Assembly: GCF_009914755.1 (NCBI RefSeq)
Contig: NC_060926.1
Direction: 5' to 3' (one strand)
Length of the DNA stretch: 64,000 bases
Source: the human T2T-CHM13v2.0 reference genome, Homo sapiens
Shown: positions 52,325 to 64,000 of the stretch, piece after piece
How positions within the stretch are numbered: position 1 is the first letter of the stretch
Layout of the letters: the number at the start of each line of letters is the position of its first letter
Translations under genes and position numbers: made by a program
The notes under the pieces: generated by a model
The model's database searches: none
What the model saw: only the letters and a program-made list of their open reading frames with translations
What the model was told of the DNA's origin: nothing

Positions 52325-52972
52325 AAGAAGAAAATTAAAACAGAATCAACATTAAAACAATACTAAAGATATTCCAAAACAAAAAAAATTATAATTTTTA
52401 ATTAGTTCACTGGTACTATAAAATTAAATTTTGTTCTGTGTAATCTCAGGCAAGGGGTCTACTTTCACAAAATCATCTGCTTCTGAGCTAAAAGAATCCT
52501 AGAAATCCCAACTCAGTCTCTTGGTGCAAGCCAACAGGTATCAGTTGTTGCGGCAATATCAGTCATACTGGGAAGTCTGTTCCCATAAGTCTATTTCTAC
52601 TGTTAATGGCTAAGAGTACCTTGTGGAATCTTTTACTTGCTGTTTTAATGTTTCTTTCAAACGACTCCATTTCTGACCTATAGCTTGCAGCAAGGGTCTT
52701 TAGATAAAGGAAAGGGAGAGCAAAGATCATCTGCCAATGACAAAATTAAATGACTCTGGTTAATTTATTACAGTAACCAACAATACCAGAATGAAGCAGA
52801 ATAGAATCCTCTATTGGGCTATAATACATAACTATTTCACAATGATTCTGGGGTAAAATATATCATGATCTTTGAAGGTACTGACAAATCTCAAGGTCCT
52901 TCTAATCCACCTACTAAACTATGTGTTACAATTGCTATTGGTTGGCAAGAGTATTTTAAACAGAAAAAAATT

Positions 52973-53630
<658 letters not shown>

Positions 53631-54397
53631 AACAATGCAATATTTAAAAACAAACATAGCACAAAGTAACATCATCATCATCGTAACAATGTAATATAGC
53701 TCTTTTAGATTTGAAGAACATTTGTTGATCGTTTCAAAAGCACTAAAAATTAACAGGTTCTCAAGAAAAATATTCAGTTGACATAAGGCATCTCTGCTAT
53801 CTTGGCAGATTACACAAAAGGTAAATAGCTTTTTACTACCTTTGGTGAAAAACAGAGTAAAAACTTCGAGACCAATTTTGAACCAGGCATCTTCTCTTCT
53901 GCATCACACATACTTTATTCATTTCAATATTTATATGTATATATATTTAAACACGTAATTACGTATATTGCTGTGCAGGAAAGACAAAAAAATTTTTAAA
54001 AAACAAATAATTCTGCATAAAGTTATATGACAATATTAAGATCTTCCATCTTAGCTTTAAAAGATAATTAATCTTATATTACAAGACAAAGTAGATATTT
54101 TACTGAATGTACCTTTTTTAAATTTTATTTATTTATTTAGGAACCTCTGGAAGATTAATTTACCTCTTTATTGGCACTTTTTTAAAAAAAGGTAAAAACT
54201 ATGCTTGCTGACACAGTAATTTTTTCTACCTCTCTGTTAATTTTTGTTTTTAAAAAGGTATTCAGTGTAACCAAAGAGGTCTCATTAACTAATGGAATAC
54301 TGTATTATATTACCCTAATATCTTAAAGTGGTTTGAGGATCTTGAAAATTATGCTCAAGTTTTGATTACAAAACAGCACAATCACTGCTGATATTCA

Positions 54398-54812
<415 letters not shown>

Positions 54813-54834
54813 TTATATTTTCTTATTTTTTGTA

Positions 54835-55342
54835 TTCTTATTGCTCTGGCATTTGAGGCTTTGATCCTAAAGAGACTGCTCCTCCCAGGGCTTGCCAATG
54901 TTTAACATACAAATGTTTAATATACAAACCAATCAACCCAGAGCCCACACCCCAATCATCTCCTTTTTCAAACTCCCACACATCAGGCCAATATTCTCCC
55001 CACCCTAAATCACTCCAAAGCCAGGCACCAAACAACTAAGGAACACCCCCTATTGCCCAGAGCCCCCTGAAATTATTCAAACTATCCAGTCCTAAACTTT
55101 CTCAGTGTACCTACCCTGCCTGGCTCATTCCTTCCTGTGAAAACCCCAGTAAAGCCTCTGGGCCATGCTCCCCGCTTCTGCCTCCTGACCAGCGTGGGTG
55201 TGTCCCCTTGTCTCTCTGTGTGGCATGCCAACCGTCTCTAGGCGTCTGTGAGGGCAAACTTCTTTCTTCATGATAATCATTTCTCTGTCTGCATGTCTTA
55301 CCATACCTGATTGAAACAAATTCTGAGTGCATTTTTAGAACA
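54835..55342 (+). mobile_element. ERVL-class LTR (MER73/MER74/MER54-like)
   Basis: 'gagactgctcctcccaggg', 'aaaccaatcaacccagagcccacaccccaa', 'ctgcctcctgacc', ends ...agaaca. Confidence 0.55.
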
Positions 55343-55373
55343 GACTGCTAATTATTAATATTAGCTTGGTACT

Positions 55374-56131
<758 letters not shown>

Positions 56132-56167
56132 CTATAATGAGTAAAAGTGACAGATTCCTACAGTCTG

Positions 56168-56773
56168 TGGAAGGGGATCAGAATATGCCACCCCAAAATA
56201 TACTAGTTTGGCATTAGGATTATTTTCAGCTGAAGGCAATTAAGAAATAGCAGGCTCAGGAGAAACTCTCTGCCCTCCCCCTTTCTTCTGAAAGCAGAGC
56301 ATAGAGTTCCCTTTTGTAAAAGTAACATAAATTCCCGTTTGTAAAAGTGTCTCCCTCTCCCATACCAGGAAGAGAAGACTATTAATCACCTGACGTGACT
56401 CTTCTCACTTCAGTCTGCACCCAACTTGAGTCTGCATAACAAACCTTACTAAAAAATTCTTCTCTACAATTAGTTCCCCCATATATTTACCTTCCCAAAA
56501 TTTGTTTCCACTGGGAACCCAAGCCCCTTTTCCTTTGTGTAGTTACTTCTCCACAATTTATTGCCCTTTATTAAAACAACATTTAGGCCCTGGGTCCAAC
56601 CACTTGTTTGGGTTTTCACTTGTTTTCTGTGTAATTCTTGCACATAAAATTAAAAACATTCAGTAAGTTTGCAAGCCTTTTTTTCTCCTGTTAATCTCTC
56701 TTTTGTCAGTTTAATCCATAGGCTTCAGGCACAGAACATAAAAGAATAGAGAAAAAGTTTTGCCTCACCTACA
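56168..56773 (+). mobile_element. MER34-like ERV1 solo LTR
   Basis: 'gaaggggatcagaatatgccaccccaaaatat...ttttgcctcacctaca'. Confidence 0.78.
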
Positions 56774-56774
56774 C

Positions 56775-57480
56775 TATTAACCAAGCTTCTCCACAAAGAA
56801 GGCAACCACAAGTATGCAGGGCTACAGTTGCAAGCAGATCCCCCTAAGCGGCCAGTTACTTTTCCTCTGTGGGGAGGGCAAAGGCTTTTCTTATTTACAT
56901 CTGCACAAACAAGAACCATAGCTTCAGTGTGCCTTCAGGAAAACTCAAAAGAAAACCAACCAAACAAAAATAAATATCTGCAGGTATATGACTCTGAGAG
57001 TATAAAACTGGACAGAGGCTGTGGGTCACTACTTTCTCCCTACCCACTCCAAAGATGTTTCAAGGTTCCATCCCATAGAATTCCTTAAACAAAGAAATAA
57101 CCGTAGAAACCTGCAAGCCCAGATCTCTCCATCACCCTTTGAGGCTTTCACAGACTTTCCAGCACAAACAGTGGAAGACCAGCTCCTTTCCCAGGCTTCT
57201 AGCCTTTAAACTGGAAGACAGTCAAACTCCAATTGTCTACCAGGCCTTTTTTTTCTGGACAACACCTCTGGCACCCAGACCAGGCCTTTCAGACTCTTCT
57301 GAAAGACAATAACTAGGTTCTAGCAGTTTCTGGCAGGCAAACACGCATGATTTACAGAACCATATTTTCAAAAAACAAACAAAAAGTAGAAGCAGAAACA
57401 AGAAGTAAGATTTTCGAGTTCTTAAGAAATGAGAAAATATTACCAGACAATTTAGAAACATTCAGATGTCAAAACTCTTC
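56775..57480 (-). mobile_element. ERV1 internal (leader-like) fragment
   Basis: Composition and motifs resembling MER4-group internal 5' regions; low certainty. Confidence 0.35.
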
Positions 57481-57489
57481 ATAGTGGTG

Positions 57490-58108
<619 letters not shown>

Positions 58109-58140
58109 TTAAAAATTCCATTTCTAAAAGCTTATTCTAC

Positions 58141-58641
58141 TGTTGGGGCTCACAAAGTGATACCCCAAAGTATGGTGGTGTGGTATGCTGAATACTTTGA
58201 ACTGAAGGGCATTGAAAGGGCCTCAGAAGCAAAGCTTCTTTCTGACTGTGAAAGTTGCAGATACCAGGATGAAATCACTTTTGTCAGACTCAGACAAAAT
58301 AAGGCCAGGAAGGCATGAAGAAGTGGGGGCTTACGCTTCCATGTCTGAGATAAGAACTATTTCCAAGGACTTTCTGAAAACCCCACAAGAAATCTTTTCA
58401 TGTCCTTCGCACATCTCTTGCTTTGCACAGCTTGTACTTTTCACGTGGATTCATATATTTCTATGACAAGGTTTATCACTAGACATTCATTAGGGCACAG
58501 TAATTCAGAAAAGGTGCTCTCAAAACTTTGATTAAATAAATGTGTTATGTTTTCTCTTTTTCACACGTCTTTTGTTATTGAAGGTCTGATTATGACCTTT
58601 ACGATGGGACAGAAATGGTATCACGCCTTTTCACTCCTACA
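58141..58641 (+). mobile_element. MER39/MER34-like LTR ends enclosing a different ERV1 LTR fragment (~58254-58525)
   Basis: 'tgttggggctcacaaagtgataccccaaagtatgg' ... 'ttttcactcctaca'; inner 'gatgaaatcacttttgtcagactcagacaaaat'. Confidence 0.55.
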
Positions 58642-58987
58642 GTTCAGAGGTGTTTGAAGATGCATGTTCCCCAAATTCATGCCCAAAAATATTTACCTTG
58701 GCCCCTTGATCACAAGGAACTGGAATAGCTAAAGGATTCACTACAGATGTATAGTAGGAGTCAAATAAACCTCGGCTTTATCTTTACTCCACTCTACCAA
58801 CTGTGTACCCTGAACGCCTACCTTTTATTTCCAGGTTTGCAAAATTAGGACTAACAATGCCCAAGGCTGGATTGCACAATAGACAGACATGTTTAGGCAC
58901 CAGTAAAGCCAGGGCACCAGAAAATGGCTTTTGAAAAAGTTTGAAGTTTGATAGAAAAAAAAACCAAAACACCAAAATAGTCATAAT

Positions 58988-59570
58988 TGTCAGAGGCGTT
59001 TGAACCAGAGTGACTCCATCTTAAGTAGGGGCTGGGTAAAATAAGGGTAAGACCTTTTCGGCTGCATTCCCAGTAAGTTAGGCAATCCTAGCTGATAAAA
59101 CAGGTTGTGGTAAAGAAGTCGGCCACATCCCACCAAAACCAAGATGGCGACAAAAGTGACCTTTCCTCATTATACACTCACTGCTCATTATACACTAATT
59201 ATAATGCATTAGCATGCTAAAAGACACTGCCACCAGCACCACGACAGTTTACAAATGCCATGGCAACATCAGGGAGTTACTATATATGGTCTAAAAGCAG
59301 GAGGAGCCCTCAGTTCCAGGAATTGCCCACCTCTTTCTTGGAAAATTCATGAATACTCCACACTTTGTTTAGCATGTGATCAAGAAATAACCATAAAAAT
59401 AGCCAACCAGCAGCCCTTGGGACTGCTCTGCCTATGCAACAGTCATTCTTTCGTTTCTTTATTTCTCTAAGAACCTTGCTTTCACTTTATGGATTTGCCT
59501 TGAATTCTTTCTTGCACAAAATCCAAGAATCCTCTCTTGGGGTCTGGCTCGGGACCCCTTTCCAGTAACA
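58988..59570 (+). mobile_element. MER41B solo LTR
   Basis: TGTCAGAGGCGTTTGAACCAGAG...GGGACCCCTTTCCAGTAACA; tandem GAS motifs at 59314-59322 and 59335-59343; YY1-like AAGATGGCG at 59141-59149. Confidence 0.9.
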
Positions 59571-59645
59571 CCTTGAGAAACTTACATTTTCTTATATTTA
59601 TTTTATGTATTTTGTGTTTTTAGTTTATGAATAAGAGGTTGACCT

Positions 59646-60170
59646 TGTGGGGAAGAAAATTTTTTCCTCTGCTCTTAGGTTTTATAATTGGGGGTCTAAA
59701 ATTAAACTGACAAAAAACAGATTCACAAGAGAAAAGATGAATTTTAATCATGTACAGGCATTTACAAAGAAATGCAACTCAAAGAGGTGGATAGACTTTA
59801 GGGCTTTATACCACCTAATAGGTGACGCAGAGTGGGAAAAGAGTACTTACCAGGAAAATAAATGACTTCTTAGACGAGGGAAGGAAAAAGAGCACTTCTG
59901 GAAAAACAAATGACTTTCAGGAAAGATAAATGGGCCCTTAGGAGAACAGATGGGAGATATGACAGTTTTCTGATAATGTCTCTTTGGGTGTGCTGGCCAA
60001 ATTCTCTCTCAAGATTAGAGTTGTTCCCAGGGAGGGGATTTATGATAACTGAGTTCTTTTGAGTTCTTTTGGGAGCCTCTGCTTTTAGGAAGATAAGGGA
60101 CTTCAGGACCCCAAATGCTTTCAGCTCACAAAAATTTTTATGGCACAATGGCTTATTCTGGATCCCTTCA
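59646..60170 (-). mobile_element. ERV1 MER4-group LTR (MER34/MER31-like)
   Basis: TG...CA termini; homologous to the LTRs at 2650 and 31755. Confidence 0.65.
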
Positions 60171-60221
60171 ATTGTCTCGAATCTCAGGGCCTCCAAAGTT
60201 CTTGATAATGATGAGTGCTCT

Positions 60222-61135
60222 AGCTGGGTGCGGTGGCTCACGCCTGTAGTCCCAGCACTTTGGGACGCCAAGGTGAGTGGATCATGAGGTCAGGAGATGG
60301 AGACCATCCTGGCTAATGTGGTGAAACCCCATCTCTACTAAAAATACCAAAAATTAGCCGGACGTGGTGGCACGCACCTGTAGTCCCAGCTTCTCAGGAG
60401 GCTGAGGCAGGAGAATCACTTTGAACCCAGGAGGTGGAGGTTGCAGTGAGCTGAGATCGCGCCATTGCACTATAGCCTGGGCGACAGAGCAAGACTTCAT
60501 CTCAAAAAAAAAAAAAAATTAGCCAGGTGTGGTGGCGCACACCTGTAATCCCAGCTACTCAGGAGGCTGAGGCAGGAGAATTGCTTGAACCCGGGAGCCG
60601 GAGGTTGCAGTGAGCCGAGATCTCACCACTGAACTTCAGCCTGGGCGACAGAGCAAGATTCTCTCTCAGGACAAAAAAAAAAAAAAAAAAAAAAAAAAAG
60701 ATTGCTGTAGATGTTGAAGTGTAAATCCTATGACTAATGGATTGAGCACAGATATGCAAAGTCATTGCAAGAGCCTCAGCTGGCCAGCAGGACTTGACTG
60801 CAACCTGATTTAAAGTATTAACATACCTAGGGCCGGGCTCAGTGGTTTGGTGGCTCATGCCTGTAATCCCAACACTTTCGGAGGCTGACGTGGGCAGATT
60901 ACTTGAGGCCAGGAGTTCCAGATCAGCCTGGCCAACATGGCAAAACCCCGTCTCTACTAAAAATATAAAAATCTGCCGGACATAGTGGTGCACATCTGTA
61001 ATCCCAGCTATTTGGGAAGGCTGAGGCACAAGAATCGTTTGAACCAGGGAGGCAGAGGTTGCGGTGAGCCAAGATCACACCACTGCACTCCAGCCTGGGT
61101 GACAGAGCAATACCCTGTCTCAAAAAAAAAATTTT
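60222..61135 (+). mobile_element. Alu cluster: AluSc/Y-like ~60222-60518 fused to an extra right monomer ~60518-60700; AluS ~60831-61135
   Basis: Alu consensus; third Alu TSD gtattaacata(c/t)cta. Confidence 0.9.
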
Positions 61136-61527
61136 TTTAAATAAGGTATTAACATATCTAAAGAAAGAATGTGTCACTTGGAAGAACTGCTGAGATTTCC
61201 CCTCCCAAATAATTACTGTGCTCCCCTATTGCTTGTCTATAAAGCAGACTTCCCATGGATGTTTATAAGTTTGAATTGGAATGAAATTGAGCAATATCAC
61301 CACTTATTGAACACCAGATGTCAGACATTGTGCTAAAGGTCTTTAGTACATTATCTTGAGTCTCGCAATAGCCTGAAGTCAGTATTATTAACCCATATAA
61401 CAAATTTTAGAGGGACAGTGTGTTTCCCAAGTGATAACCCAGGCTATCTGGTGGTAGAGCTAAGATCAGCCCTTGGAACCCAAGTTCCTATCCTTTATCT
61501 TGCCATATTCCAGTCTCTGTTCCAGGT

Positions 61528-61611
61528 ATCCTTCACCCAGAACTTGAGTGGTTTGCCTGGGTTCCCTTGATCCTTCACCCAGAACTTGAGTGGTTTGCAT
61601 GGGTTCCCTTG
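61528..61611. repeat. 42-bp tandem duplication
   Basis: atccttcacccagaacttgagtggtttgc(c/a)tgggttcccttg x2, one mismatch. Confidence 0.95.
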
Positions 61612-61750
61612 CTGAGACTTTTGCTCACTGTGACAATGAACCAGAGAAGTAGGAAATAAGCCCCCGCTCACCTGCCTCCCTTTTGGGTGACCCACAAGAA
61701 CATAAATCTTGCAGGGTCTTTAGCATCCAAGATGCCTAAAAGCTAGGTGG

Positions 61751-62441
61751 TGTCAAACCTGTCATCCAAAAGACCACCAGGATGGCTAAATAGTGGAAAG
61801 GAGAGCTTTATTGGTGATACTGGTTTGCAACCCAGAAAGAGGAAGTCTCCAGTGTGGACAGAAGGTCCTGTCTCTTTGAAGTGAGGAAGGAAGCTTGGGT
61901 TTCTTGCTTCACAGGGCGTGTATCACACAACAGAGTCATACATATTCATCAGGTTTTGGGGAAAAGCTATACATAATTATGAAGGGAGCCTAGCGCATGG
62001 ATGATGGATAAGCATATAGGTAACATATATTCCATGTTCACTTTGGGCAGGGTTTTGGCATAAAAATCAGATGGAATTTGGTGCTTTATGTGAAAAGGTG
62101 AACTAAAGCACACAAAGACAGTTTGTGTGCAGCTTCTGTAAGCTGGCTGAAACTGGCTTAAGGCTTAAGGTCTGAAGTAGCTTATTCAGGAAAGAATCTT
62201 TGTAAGGCTGGTCTGCTGTGCAGTCAGGGCTGTAGTGGTTTGGATTGTAAATCTGAGTTAGGAGAGGGCTGATATCTCTTATTGTTAGGGAGTTTAGAGC
62301 CTCAGGAATTTAGCAATTTGCCATGCTAGCTGGGTCCTGAACCCTCCACCAGTAGATAGACCCGTAGGTAACTTTGTTTCCTTAACCTTAGAACCTGTCT
62401 TAGTTGATAAAAGTGTGTCTATTTTGGTCTTCCAGATCGCA
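61751..62441 (-). mobile_element. ERV1 solo LTR (subfamily not assigned)
   Basis: TG...CA termini; minus-strand AATAAA ('gctttattgg' ~61805); minus strand starts TGCGATCTGGAAGACCAAAATAGAC. Confidence 0.7.
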
Positions 62442-62555
62442 AACCCAAGCATTACTGCGGTGAAGCTAGAAAGCCCCTGTCTGAGCTGTTTCTGCAACTG
62501 ACTGCCTGGGTGGTACAGGGGAAATAGTTAAACCTCCCTGAAGCTAATTTTCTCA

Positions 62556-62705
<150 letters not shown>

Positions 62706-63169
62706 TTAAAAATTAAATTAAAATGAGAGCAATAGACTAGATCGCTTCCCAGCACTACCATTCTGGGATTCTGTAGTTCAGTGAAAAAGATCAAAGTCTC
62801 CATAGAGGTAGAGGTTGCAAGGAGAGAGGCTGAATCCTCACTAAAGTTTTTCCAGTTCCAGTGATGGAGCTATTTTTAGATTTGATCAGGTTCTCTCATG
62901 CATGTTGCATATTGTAGGACGGTTTTCTGGGTCAACCTTTCTCAAGTAAACTGTCACTTAATCTCTGGCCAGGACAGTTGCCCCGATAGAGTAACAGCTT
63001 TTCCCACACTAGCACTGGCTATTTTGAGATTGCTTTGCCCCAGGTATGTGACTGGACTTCAAAGAACCGTGATGTAGGGGTCCACACATCCTTGGCTTGA
63101 AAGGGGTATCCTGGAGGGCGTAGTTCTAGTCTATCATATGTGGAGTTTCTCCTCTGTCTTCTAAACATG

Positions 63170-63540
63170 CGTTCATTCAGTAGTTCTTTTCTTGAGTGCC
63201 TACTTTGTGTTAGGAACTTAGAATAAAATGGTGAGCAAAAATACGCAGGACCCTTACCATCAAGAAACTTTCAGTCTATCAGGGTAAAAGACATTAATCA
63301 AGTAATCATACACATTTTTTATTGCTAGTGTAAGAAGTGCTATAAAGGAAAAGTATAGGATGCCCGAAGAGTCTCTAACTGGGAGGTCAGAGAAGGCTTC
63401 CTTGGGGAGCTGCCGTTTGAACTAGTTTGAAGGATAAGGAGTAGTTATATAAATGCCAGGGGAAAGGAAAAGCATTCTTGGCAAGGGAAAGGTTATGGGC
63501 AGAGGTCTGGCAGGAGGAATCATGAAACTAAAAGGAACCA
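63170..63540 (-). mobile_element. L2 fragment
   Basis: 'ttcattcag...ttgagtgcctactttgtg...gggaggtcagagaaggcttcc'. Confidence 0.7.
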
Positions 63541-63541
63541 T

Positions 63542-64000
<459 letters not shown>

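Overview
Non-coding primate genomic DNA (human-like; Alu J/S/Y-type elements throughout). More than half of the window appears to be interspersed repeat: about 60 Alu/FLAM copies or fragments, MIR, L2, old L1M 3' ends, hAT MITEs and many LTRs (MER34/MER39-like, LTR22, MLT1, MLT2, MLT2A1, MER41B). I find no credible protein-coding exon or gene; the supplied ORFs are Alu-, microsatellite- or GC-content-derived. The left half (1-38 kb) holds unique blocks that look like developmental enhancers (TAAT/POU-rich) and one small CpG island (~33.2-33.7 kb) with GC-box, ETS and CTCF-like motifs. The right half (39-64 kb) is a nested L1/ERV/Alu graveyard. The most interesting items are: (1) a TSD-flanked, tailless retrocopy of the 5' half of tRNA-Val whose anticodon reads GAC, consistent with fossilised A34-to-I editing; (2) an MLT2A1 LTR inserted inside an Alu and carrying a DUX4-type site; (3) a MER41B LTR with both GAS motifs intact; (4) a ~170-bp local duplication of unique DNA; (5) an AT-rich 26-bp minisatellite grown from an Alu tail. 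I see no evidence for a new multi-gene system. Repeat subfamily names come from recalled consensus sequences and need RepeatMasker/Dfam confirmation. Most boundaries are approximate (+/-10-30 bp) unless a TSD is quoted. I could not identify the chromosomal locus.
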